Of a DNA stretch of 64,000 nucleotides, positions 25,801-37,499 are shown one piece after another. The position numbers and the translations under genes were made by a program. The notes below the pieces were generated by a model. It searched no databases and was not told the origin of the DNA. It saw only the letters and a program-made list of their open reading frames with translations. Position 1 is the first letter of the stretch. Each line of letters opens with the position of its first letter. The stretch covers positions 1,364,001 through 1,428,000 of the forward strand of contig JAYWIR010000029.1 of the NCBI GenBank assembly GCA_036172245.1, given 5' to 3'. Origin of the DNA: Raillietiella orientalis. Taxonomy: Eukaryota.

Positions 25801-27379
25801 CCCACGCCGCCGCATCGTCAGACTCCTTGTTAAGAACTGGTGGAATTCTAGAACGTTCTTTTGAACATCCTGGTAAATACAGCTCCCATCGAATTCAACC
25901 ATCGCAACTTTGGAAAAATTTTGGAAAGCTTTCTTTCCCCAGTAGCATCAGTGAAGTGTAGGTGTGGTAGACGAAAGTTCATTTCCCGATGGGCCAAACT
26001 TTCTCAGAAGAAATTAGATAAACTGTTCTTGTCCTTTCGATTTTTTAAAAACAACTTCGAAATACTCCTTTGTTCCATATGGGAATCAGTAATCATTGAA
26101 TCTGGACGATGGTCAGGAGCAAATAACGGATCCAGTTCTTCTGCTTCATCTGTAGACATTGGAAGTTGTAGGAGCAACGCAATCGCATTCGCTCTAGATT
26201 TCTTGCTCACATGAACGTTTCTGAGCTATTGCAGGAGCAATGGACTGCTCTGGATGCTATTGGACTGAGAATGGTGATGGATGGCGATAGGGAAATGATG
26301 AATCATCGGAAAAAGATTAACTTTTGCTATGTTAGTAGTTGCATGATTGTAGATACAGGCGATGACTTATGGATGACACGAAGCAATCATGGAAAGAGCT
26401 CCTTTCTCGTTTGAACTTTGCGATGAATCTCATGGAGGAAGGGAGTAGTGTAGGGTAAGAGTTTGAGAACATACAGGTGAATAGGTGTGGGGGTTCTGCC
26501 TCCGCTAGTTTGTGAAGAGAAGCAGTTTACTCACTGGAAAGTGGATGCTGTAAAGGGTAGGCGATGGAAGATGACAGTAGGTACCCTTAGATAGGATGCC
26601 TATTCTTACCCAGTGCATTATCCAACTCAAAATGAGAGTCGAAAGGTGAAGATGAGATGCTCTGGGTAAGAAAAGCAGAACGAAGAGCTGAGGAGAGAGA
26701 AGGTTCAGAAAAGAAGGGTCACGACGAGTGCAGTGGTAAGAGGGTCCACTGGCGTTGATTAACTTGAATCATATTTCACATAATGGTGATGAATGTGCTA
26801 ACATCTTTACTGAAGGAACCTTTTAATTTGAGGTACACGAATGGGCTCGATAAAAGTTGATGAAATGTGTCCAATGTGGTGAGTGATTGGTCGAACATGG
26901 AGGGCCCATGGATCTGATGCTTTCATCATGGACAGCTGTTTGAAGCTACTAACCTCACCGGACAATGCCGTTAAAGGACTGGACTCAGGAGACTTTTCAA
27001 GAGGTGGTAGTATCATCCGCGGATAAGGATCTCGGGAGGTCTGCGTTCGGTGATTTTTCTCAAAAATTCTTAGAAACCAGTGAGGACATCAGAAGCTTGC
27101 GAATTATCTGTAAGGAAGCTTTGTCGGGATGAGGGGCAGATCAAGATAGGGAACCCAGGATTCAAGTCGGCGACATATTGTTCGACTAGACGATGAGGAG
27201 GAAGCTCCCCCCCACTTCAAGAGCTACACAATGTGAGAATCCATGCCAAGCCCTGATAAGTAATCACTGGATCAGGGAAAAGCCGTGCTCCCGTCGAACT
27301 GCATCTCCCTTCTATTTTGTTTTGTTTTTGACCATAGGGGAATATCTTTGTTTTTCCGACTGACGGTTCCAGAAGCTAC

Positions 27380-28260
27380 CGTGGAACCGATCTACATGGA
27401 CTACAGGGTGCTAGAGACGAAGGCGATTTCCCGGAAGACTTCTGCATCCAGAGTGACTCCGTGCAGGGGTGGAGCCTCTCATGCAACTTAGTGCTATGAT
27501 GAGGGCGGCAGTCAAAAGTCCACCTCGCGGGAAGGGATGCCGCAGCACGTCCTTCTGTGCGTCCTCCGGATGGAGCAGCGCACCGAAAGGTCACTAAGAG
27601 CTCCCCACGGTCCGCGAGAAGGAGCGAAAACGAGTCGATCGCCCGGCAACCTGGAAAAATTCGATGATGTTCTTCCTTTAAGCAAGAGACGTTGTCGTTC
27701 ATCTCACTGGAATGCATCTCGTGTGCCCTTTCCGGGAGGGAAGAGGAAAAGCTGATCGCTCATGTCGTTTCTGTGGCCGAGATGCTGCCTCCCATAACGA
27801 ATCACTGCATGAGGTACTCTCGCCCGTGCGCGGTCAGATGTGATGTGATGGTGAGCAGATTGAAGACTGCCGGTGTGGAAACAGCAGGATGGACACCGGT
27901 GGCAGCCAATCAGCATGTCGCTGGGCTGGGTACCACTCTGCCCTCTGATTTCATGCTGATGAAGGACAACAAGGTGGTGGTGCCGGACGTTTGCCTACCC
28001 ATTGAGGAACGGAGAGGACGCCTTTAGTACCTCCAGAAGCAAGAAGGAATACAAATATCGGGATGCTGGCACGCAGCTTTCCCAGGGAGCAGCAAAAGCC
28101 AAAGCTCACCGTTGGTCCTTTAGGAACATGGGATCCAGAAAATAAGGCACTCCTTCTCAACCTGAGTGCCCGTGAAAGAATGCAAACAAGATGAAGTTAC
28201 TTGTGGTTGCCTCATGCATCCGCTACAGTCGCCATATTATTTATTGGACGTTACTCTGAG
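27380..28260 (+). mobile_element. Decayed RLE-type non-LTR retrotransposon C-terminus (NeSL/Utopia-like)
   Basis: EMLPPITNHCMRYSRPCAVRCDVMVSRLKTAG...NQHVAGLGTTLPSDFMLMKDNKVVVPDVCLPIE, then LTVGPLGTWDPENKALL and KLLVVASCIRYSRHI. This matches the CCHC / RH / PD..D / LG.WD.N layout of restriction-like endonuclease LINEs as I recall it. Confidence 0.75.
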
Positions 28261-29199
28261 GTTGCCTAGAACCTTCTACCACCTCAAGAAGGTGTAAGAC
28301 AGCAACTCTAGGAAGCAATGGACAGCATAGCCGAACTCGATTGTACACGACGTCCCAAAGAACGAGACTCCTTCTGACTTTCTCTTAATCACCAGTTCCA
28401 TTATAGAGGAAGGGGGATGGGAAGACGGTGAAAGGCGTTTGTTGGACCGTGCGTTCGACTGCAAAAATTGTTGTTTCAGAAGAACAAGAATGGTACACGC
28501 ACCATTGAAATGTGAGTGCATCGACTTGGAATCTCTCTTTCTCGGGAGCCACTTTTGGAAGCTGGGGAGTACAGACGCCAGTCGTGACAGGGAGCCACTT
28601 AGATTGGATCCTCACGTTGGGAGACTTGCATTGGGAGGATTTCCGTAGACAGATTGGATTCCAATCTATCTACTGCGTATACCTGATGGGGAAACGGATG
28701 TAGGGTTTCCTCGCTACCGGGGTTTCCTGTAGCAAACGGCTCAGAGATGGAATTCAGGTTTCAATTTTATGATGTGCTTTTCAGTCGATGCACATACCGT
28801 GCACGCCAGAAACGCGTCGGATCGCATTTTTCGTTCTTTTTTCTTTCCAAAACACCAACAGCGGTTTATGTTTTTTTCTTTGCATCGTAATTTTCCCTCG
28901 TTTCCTCTTCGGCTGCATCGGTGCACCTTCGGTTCCTTGCTTCTCTAGGAAGGGAATGGTGTAAGGGCACCTCGAGGCTCTGGCATTCCCTCCGGTGGTC
29001 TCTGGGTCGGTCCATTCTCGTCTCGCCGATCTCGTCAGTTATCACTTGTGTCTGTGCTTTCCATTTCTCCTCCATCTCTTCCAGATTTGCCGAGAAAAGA
29101 AGGGGGGAAGGGGAGGGGATACGTTGGGTTCTTTGGCGGACCATTTGCGTACGCGAGGCCTGGGTTTGGTTCAAAATCCCGAAGGCCGAAAAATCCCGA

Positions 29200-29760
29200 A
29201 AGGCATTAAAAATAAATACATACGCTTATCATATCTAGTTATATATAGATCAATACGCATCGAAGAATGTCAAAAATAAACATATATTTTTCCTATATAT
29301 GCTAATGTATATTTATGCATGTAACCAACATTCATCAAATGAAGATATAAATATCGAATTATAAAAATAAAAAGCAAATATGTCAGTTCAAAACAGCGGG
29401 CAATCACCATAAAAAGGCGGGTAAGTTAGAAAAAAACGAAAAGAAATTCTTCATTTCGTTTTCCTTTCCTTTTCGAAAGCACTCAAGAAATGCAACTCTT
29501 TGAGTAAATGATGAGTTCCATTTTCGAGATTTCGATCGTGTTATGCAAACTTATATATATATATATATTAATAAGCGTTAATGTATATATTGATAATATA
29601 AAATCGATGCGTATTATTGATTATATTAATACATATGTATGTTAAAATAAACATATATATCAGTCTATATATAAATATACATATCAGTATGCATAATAGA
29701 CATATATAGAGATTTATTTATTTATAATCTTTATAATTGTATTTATCTCTATATAATAAA
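29200..29760. repeat. Extremely AT-rich low-complexity tract with (TA)n
   Basis: Visible (TA)n run near 29551..29568 and very few G/C over about 29540..29760, in sharp contrast to the GC-rich flanks. Confidence 0.8.
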
Positions 29761-29949
29761 CACTAGGAGGGATGGGGCAGGTGGCCTCTTTCTGATGCCC
29801 CTTCGATCACCTCCTGGTGACTCTGGGAGTACGGAGGGATGGGTTGACTGACCTTCGTCCAGGGGAGGCTCCGCTTTACCTTCTTCCCTTCCCTCTTTAC
29901 ATCTCCAGGAGTTCATTATATTAAAATGTATTTATGTATTGATAAAGAA

Positions 29950-32900
29950 ACATGTGTACTTTTTTCTAACGATCCTTCGGGATTTTGATCGCCACCGGCA
30001 CAGAGTCCTTGATTTCAGTGTGATCGGGAGGCTCCGTATCTTTGACTGAAGGAGGGTTCTCGAAAGCGCAAGCAGCCTGCTATTCGCTCCTCGCGGAGAC
30101 GCGGGTCGAAGCGGCCCGTAGACGAGTCCCAGTTGGGGAGGACTCCAAGAGATACGCCCCGTCTCGGTGCCGGACTTCGCTGGGTTTGGAACAGATTTCT
30201 CGGAGATGTGGGTGCGGCAAGGTGGGTCTCGGATGCGGAAGCAGACGCAGCCAAATACCTCGGAGTGATGCTGAACAGGACCCCAATCAGAAGAACAGAG
30301 GCTCTGGCGAGATTTGACAGGGAGGGTGGTTTCCGCTCGGTTCCTCCCTCGTTCGCCTCTCCGACACGCATGAGATCCGCCACCGGAACGCCTCCGATGA
30401 TGGGCAGCGTCCACAGCTTCTGCTCCTACCACTCGGAATCGTTTAGACCGCAAAGACGGAGATCTTCCTATGAGGAAGGAACCGGGTAGGAACGCAAGCT
30501 AAGCTTTCCCCGGAAAGCGGCTGTCCCGTCTTGGGAAAAACTCACGAAAAAAGCCCGGTCCTTGCGGCCACGTATCTCGGGCCAGCGCAGCTGTTCTTTC
30601 AGCCAAAGAAGACGGTGGAGTCACCGTTCTAAGGCCACAGTGCCTTCACAAAGCTCTGAGCTCCCCGTGGCTGAGAACTTCGCGTGCACCCGGGATCGAC
30701 CGCTGCTGAAAGCGGGAATCACATCCCGAAGATGCTCTGATGACCAGCGAAGAAACGTCTCCCGAGCGCAGATCTTCGTCCAAGGTCGGACCCGGCTGCT
30801 GATCGGCCGTGAAATGAAAAGACATCCAGAGGCTGTCCACCAAGTAGACACGCACCTTGGTGCACGTGACCTCCAGTTTCACCTGGGAGCAGCTGACTGA
30901 TGTGATTTCGATCCGATGGTCTTTGGATGCTGGAGTTCCTCCACCTATCGTCAGCACCTCCTGGAGACGTTCCCAGGGTGTGAACCTCACCATCTGAATG
31001 GCTGGATCTGCAGGAAGGACGTAGAGAGGGGGAAGGAAGATCGATTGCACTCCTGGCTTCGTTCAAGAGTCCTTCGACTGCTCCCTCGTTCTCGTCCCTT
31101 TCTATTTCCTGCAGTCTAGTCCAAACCGGAAGGAGGGGAGAGGGAACTTCCGGCAGCTTCCGCTCGTGAGCCTTCCTATGGAACAGGGAAAACGAAGCCT
31201 TCTGGAATTCTCCTCCTTAGTCCATTTGTTGAGCGAGCGAGCATCCTCACCGTCATAGCAACGCGTCAACTTCCAAATCCACCAGCACCGTTGAGATGAA
31301 AGGAGGCCATTGGCAAACGAAGCTTCTGCATCTCAGAGAGCCCTTTCCCCACCTGCACAGGGTGAGAGCTCCAGGCTTCCCAGGAATGATTCCCGGACCT
31401 ACCAAGACCGCTCAGCACTACTGAGAAATAAGAGAGGGATGTTTCCTTTTCTTCTCTTGAGGAAGTCGGAAGAAGAGAGTCCTTGCGTGAGAAGGCGTTG
31501 CCAGAGAGTTCCTGATGCTGGGATGGACGGGAGGAATTCTCTTCTTGCTTCGGATTCCCCTCGTTACCGCACAGTGCCGCTAAAGGAGCGTTGTCAGAAT
31601 GGGAGGTAGGCACTCCAGCCTCTCCGACCCCGGAAGCGCCCCAGAGAGCATCGGACGCGGACAGTGTGCGCCGGCTAAACTACCCACTCTCTGACCAGAT
31701 GGCGCTCCGAGCGGCGGGAACGGGAGGGTTGGGTGGGCTCTGCGTCTGGCGTGTGGCTTTCCAGCCCCGGAAGCCATGCTTCCGGCAAGAAGAGAGCCGA
31801 GAAGTAAGGGAGACAGCTTGGGAGAGCTGTCCGTTCCGCCTCTTCCCGGAAGACGGGCGGTCGAGCATCCTGATCGTTCCCAGGACTCCCTCACCGAAGG
31901 AAAGCGGCCCCTCGAAGAGGCAGGGCGGGTGGACGCGCGTCCTTGCCTTCTCCAGAAGTCCCTTGCCCTCCCTGCAGAAGCGGCGTCCGCCCGCCCTTGA
32001 CGCCGAGGAGGAGGCGCCTCGAGCACAACTTCCCCGCCAGCTGGCGGCTCTTTTCAGAGAGCCATCAGATTGCAGGGAGGAGGAAGCGTGTCCAGGAAGG
32101 CCTCCGCCGCTCGGAAAGCCACCCTGGGAGCGGCTCTCAGGACGGTCTGGAACCTCTGGAAGTGTTGGACTCCCTTTCACCCTTTGCCCTCTCTTCCAGC
32201 TCCGCAGGCCTCGGAATCCAAGAGTTCCCTCCCGGAGATGCCGCGACCAGGCCATCGTTTGAGGAAACAGGTTCGGTCACGAGAAGATCGCCAAACTCCT
32301 CTCCCTCCTCCTCCCCGGAGATGTGGGAGGGTGCGTACACCCCATCCGCCTCCGGAGCCGCACGAATGGAGGTTGGCCCCACCGCTAGAGAGAGCTTCTC
32401 AGGGCTTGGAGAGAGAGAGAGCCGGACAAGTGCAGAAGAGGAGGAGGAGGAGACAACGAAACGGAATGGGGAAGAGGAGGGGAGACGAGGAGGGCTGGAG
32501 GCGTTCCCGCTTCCTCCTTTTCCGCCTCCTCCTCCTCTTCCCAACTCATTCCCTCTCCCCCACGCGTGCTTGCTCCCCACGACCTCTGCCCTCAACACCC
32601 ACAGGGGGAGATGGGCCGCAGCCTCCCTCGTCTGCTAGCGGGAAAAAAAGAGAAGAGGCGGGGCGAAAAGGGGGGGCAGGAGAAGGAGAAGACAGCTAGT
32701 GGAGAAGAAAGACGACGAAGAAGAAGCAGAGGTGCAGCAGAAAAAAAAGAGTAGAGGAGAAGGAAGGGCCACAGCTCGCCTGGGACCTTTCACTGTTCCA
32801 CTTGCGCTGCTTCCGGCGACACAGCATCCTGGTGACGCAGGGAAACCAAGCGTCCCTGCTCCTCTAGCTGGTCCGCAGGGGTCTTCGCGAGGGCCGGGAG

Positions 32901-34740
32901 GAAAGACGGCGGTGCCAATCGGCAGGCGGGCGGGCCATCTCCCGGAGGAGGGCGAAGTGCTCCCGTTTCCCCTCGGAAAGGGGAGAAGAAAGTGTGTCGG
33001 TGACCCTCCGCTCTCCCGCCGCCCCCTTCCGCGGCGTAACGCGCTGGAGGTTCGGAGCTGGACACGGCGTTGGCCTGTCCCCCTTGAGCGGCGGTTTCCC
33101 CCCCCCCCATCCCAGAGGAGTCTTCCTTCCCGCCCTCTCTCGGTGATATCGCCCTCACGTGCTCTCCTATCCGCCCACGACTGCATGGACGGAAGAGAAA
33201 CGCGCGAGCCTAAGGAGGGACGCAGGGGCAGCAGACGAGGGGCTTCACTCCGTCGCTGAGCTTCGCGCGTGGAGGAAGGGGCTCCCGGGTCTCTCCGCTT
33301 GTGGAGAGACCCCGGGACTCTCCTGAGAAGGCAGAGAGAGCGAAGCGCGGAGCTTGGCGCCTGAGATGCGAGAGGAAGAGGAAAGATACAGCACTCGCGT
33401 CCACTTTGACTTTCGGAAAAGGAAGGGGTGAGGAGGAAAAGGAGGAGGAAGAGGAAGGGAAGAGGAAGAGAACTGAGAAATCCTGACCTCGGAAGACGTG
33501 CAATGTTTTTACGATCATTGCCCAGAATCCCGAGCGCAGCATCCTACAGCGCAGGTGACGAAAGGTGGGACCTTTCGTCACCTGCGCGCGCCACCTGGGA
33601 CGGGAAGAGAGGAGCATCCGGGTGTTGATTTATCTCTTGGACCACCACGAGGTGACAGCAGATGCCCTGCAGGGAGACCAGAGGCAAGCGCGCGCGCGAA
33701 GGGAAGACCAGATCGCCAGCACCCTTGGGCGGAGATCGGAAGGCGAGGAGGGGAAACTCCGTTCGGATCGTGAACACTGAACGTCGGGCCCTACAGGAGT
33801 GCCGGCGGTCAAGTCCTCCTCCTCGAGCCGGGAAGGATCTTTTGCACGGCGGAGAGTAGGCCGAACCAGACAGAGGCGATCGACAGTTTGCATGAGGTCT
33901 CCCACAAGTCCCTAAGGCGGCGGTCATGGTTGCCTGGGTAACCCTCCAACTCGGCCTTGCCGAAAAGGCGGAAGAGGCTGGGCAGCGGCAGCAGCGCGCT
34001 GTCCGTGGACCACGAGCCAGAACGGGCATCTACGCGCTCCTTGCAAAAGATGTCTGCCTACAGGGCTTGGCCTTATTCGGGAGGTTGGGAATTTTGGGAG
34101 CTCGCAGCGCCCCTGGAGGAATGCTTAGGGGGGAACGCGTGAGAACTGGGAGCTAGGTGAACCCTTCTCCTCTTCCCTCTTCTCGCGAAAATGAGCAGTC
34201 CCGCACGGGTGGGGTCATTTCCTTCCATTGGGAGCGATGATGCTCCTGGAAGATGACAAGCAATCCTCGTGGGGGGTCCAGCAGGGTTTCCCAGGCCCCG
34301 TAGCAGCGGCACTTTACGGCATCCGGACCGGAGGATGCGACCGGGAGCCCCTCGTACCCGTTCCGGTCGGACCGTTTGCGAAGGAGCCGCCAAGAAGTTT
34401 CTCATTGGATGATCCTTCATTGACTGCGGAGGTGCTTCGAGTGTCCCTCGAGGAAGGCGGCCTCGCCGCAAAGGGCCGCGGGGGGAGGGGGGGGGGGGAA
34501 CAACGGCGGCATCCACAGCGAACGCGCTTCTCCTGCACCGCGGGACGGGGAAGCCGCGTCTTCGACAAACAACTAGCGAAAAAGTTTCCAGAGGAACCTC
34601 GGCAAGAGGACGGTGCGCCCGGCGTCCTCCGTGGGATCAAAGTAAACACACACGGTGCACGGCTACACTGTGCAGCGTTCGCCCATCGGATTCCATGGCA
34701 ACAAAAGGAGATAAATCCTCGCACAATGAAAACATTATAA
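29950..34740 (-). mobile_element. Longest collinear remnant: 5' half of an L1/Tx1-type element (5' region, ORF1, low-complexity ORF1 tail, endonuclease, linker)
   Basis: ORF1-like GICCHLVVVQEINQHPDAPLFPSQV and an eroded knuckle (about 33500..33700). Endonuclease end SSRVRPWTKICARETFL...PAFSSGRSRV (SRLD.IY...SDH). LPITLKSR (PIT..E+) at about 30020. Confidence 0.55.
33549..33587. repeat. Perfect hairpin: 18-bp stem, 3-nt loop
   Basis: GCGCAGGTGACGAAAGGT-ggg-ACCTTTCGTCACCTGCGC. Confidence 0.95.
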
Positions 34741-36700
34741 ACTACTGAGTCAAATTTAGCAGAACGGATTGATCGCGGACTTTCTAGAACCTGACAAGAG
34801 AGCAGCAGCATCCAAAGGCGAATAATGCGGGCGCGGAGGAAGGTTCCCTCCTCCCGTCCAGAGCATAAATATGGAAGGGAGGGAGGAGGGACAGCGGCGG
34901 TTGCGAAACCGCATGGTTGGTGCATGCGATTCGAGTTTGTTAAAAGAATCTGAAGTTAGGAAAGAAGTGCCGCAAGAAACGCAAAGTGGAATGGGATGGC
35001 GGGAATCCTTGCAAGGATCCAGCCCTGCGGGACCCACGATGATGGCACATTGAGGAGGTGCCAACCGGTCCGTCTCCATCCTTTCGGTCCGCCTGTGCTG
35101 TCGGAGGCCGCGCCGCCCGCTTCCCGGATTCTCCTGAAGGGCATCGCTCGAAGACGGGAATCTTGACCCCTCGTCAGTAGCCGCCTTCTCGGAACCTCGC
35201 GAGGCTTCAGGTCGCATGTCGCGGACAGCAGTCGGGAACCGCCGACTCCCGGGCGCTAACCGATGCAAAGAAAAACTGATCCAGAGATTTTCCCTCATCC
35301 AGAATCGTGCTTATGGACTTTTATTGCCGCCCACTTACACGATGCCATTGTCTGTACGTGGACTGGGTCCCCGTGATCTCCACCGAAATCGCAGAGAATG
35401 AATCTGGAGCAGTCGCGAGAAGCCCGAAGGATGTATAAAAACTAAAGATCGCTTCTTCGAAGGACAAATGCTGATACGCTCAAATGCAAAACAGATTAAA
35501 GAAGGAGAGCATTGCATCCCTGCTGCTGCACCCGGAGCCTGTCGGGTGCTCCCTTTGGATGAAACGGTTCTCCACGGCTTCCGTGCTTTCGTTTTCAAAT
35601 TGCCTTTTGCCTCCATTGAGCTCGGCCGGATGCGCTCCTTCTGGACCGATTGCAGAGCACTTCGATCTTACTGCTAACATTGCAGGCAAGAAAGAGCGGA
35701 TTCGCTTCTACCATACAGCTTCAGCTCCTTCAACAAGTTGAACCCTTTTTTTGTTTTTGTTTCGTGAAAGAAATCGATTCTGTCATAGGCTTTTCTTCTT
35801 CTCTAGAGCAAGAGCAGTGCTGCTGCACAGACCACTTCGTGGTTTCAGCTCCATTAGGGTCAGTTCGGACCGGAAGTTCCTCTTTCTTTTCCTCCTGCAG
35901 CGATTGCCATCTCTTCTCCCGATCATGCCAGATCTGATGGTTTCTGTCTCTCACGGAAGCCCCACTCGTCGCAGCAGGCGATCATCTCAGAGAATCAGCG
36001 CATGTCCACAGCAGGGCTGCGGGAAGAAGGCGCTCTCCAGAAAGCGGACGGTCAGCGATTTTGTAAGGACCTCCCTGTGACGCTCCATCTTAGTTTGCAT
36101 CCCGATTCCGACTACGAGAATCAGGATCCTCACTGTGATTCGACCTTGAAAACCGCCTCTCTCGGCAGGATGGTGTTCCCTGAACCAGTACTCTTTCAGG
36201 TCTCGGGGAATCACTTCTGAAAACATCGAGCGTTTACGAATCAAGCATCAACGGAAGGGAGAGAGAACTCCACCAGGAAGAAAGAAGGAAAACACTGCCA
36301 GCAATTTCCGAAGTTCTGGAGTGCTTCACCCGCATTCGCAACCTTCCTACGAGGGGCTCGGGCAGCATCCACTAGGTGTCGGTCATCTGAGTCTGCAGCG
36401 TGTGAGAGTATGTAGCAAACCTCCTTCAGCAGGTGTGTCCATCAGAGTCTGGATACGTGCTCCCCGTAGTGTTGTGCCTGCTCCCGAAGACAAACGCAAA
36501 CGTGCTCGTTTGCATGCGTCCAGATCTTTCTCACTGGACAAACACCACACGTACTTGCACGTGTGGTATTTGCAAGTAGGGACGCACCCTGCTCTGCAAG
36601 AATGCGGAAGCTGCGCTTTTCAGAGATCACATCCTTCAGCCTTACGCTGCGCTGTGCATCCAGTTCAAGGTGTCGGTGCGGCAAAGACGTTCGTGCAGAA
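34740..36700 (-). mobile_element. Decayed L1/Tx1-type linker and RT start (about 35300..36300) plus a 3'-end remnant (about 34740..35200)
   Basis: NGAETTKW...ALEKKK (GA.IRS..W...LEK) and STRQAPGAAAGMQC (K.PG.DG+) remnants. Confidence 0.4.
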
Positions 36701-36938
36701 ATAGTTGATTCTTAGTGAGTGGTTTCGGAAGCTGGAGATTTTCAAAGTGATTCGGACCGAAAATCCAAGACAGAATTTAGAAAATGCAGTGGACCTCGGC
36801 TGCTTGCTCTTGGGCACGCCTCCATGAGTGAACTAAGTCTTTGCAACCATCCGTAATACACGGTAAAAGACAAGAGCAGTGCTGCAGCACAGATCACTTC
36901 GTGGTTTCAGTTCCATTAGGATCAGTTTGAACCGGGAG
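35809..36938 (+). repeat. 68-bp direct repeat pair, 35809..35876 and 36871..36938
   Basis: caagagcagtgctgc...accggRag; ungapped, 7 mismatches in 68 by eye. Confidence 0.9.
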
Positions 36939-37499
36939 CGAAGAGACTCCAAATCGACTCCGATTTGATCATCCTATCTTCTGGAAAGCTGTCGAGTGGG
37001 CATGACCTAATTTTCCATCCATCTAGGAAACGGTGAAACTCTAAAGATATCCAGATATCGAAACCCAACTTCAGCTTTTCCTTAGTTATAGAAATCAATA
37101 GAGTCGCGGTAGCCATTCCAATAATTCGTCTTTTTTTTTCTTCCCCAAATTACCCCACACTTTGATGTGTCAAAAATGTGCACGTTTTTAGAATAAGGCC
37201 ATTATGGGTGTAGATTCATGAGTGCTGCCTTTCTGTGGAATGATCACAATCTACTAACCGTTTGGTGACCCAGAGGGGAAGTTGAGAGCCACAAAAGTGT
37301 ACCACACAATTCAGAGATCCGAAGTGAGCTAATGAAAACATCCCCCTTGGCATTTCTCTTGAAAGATAAAAGAGATGATGACTGGCTTCCCATGAATTCG
37401 TAACAAGAGCTGTCCAAGATTATTCCACCCTGTGTGCCTTATGGAAGGTTCACCTGTCTGATCTTGGAGTCCAAATTGCCTTTCGAAAACGGACAGACC

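Noticed and set aside
35815..35860. THAP zinc finger from CTDHF in a plus-strand frame
   Set aside because: No upstream CxxC/W or AVP box. The minus strand fits a LINE linker better.
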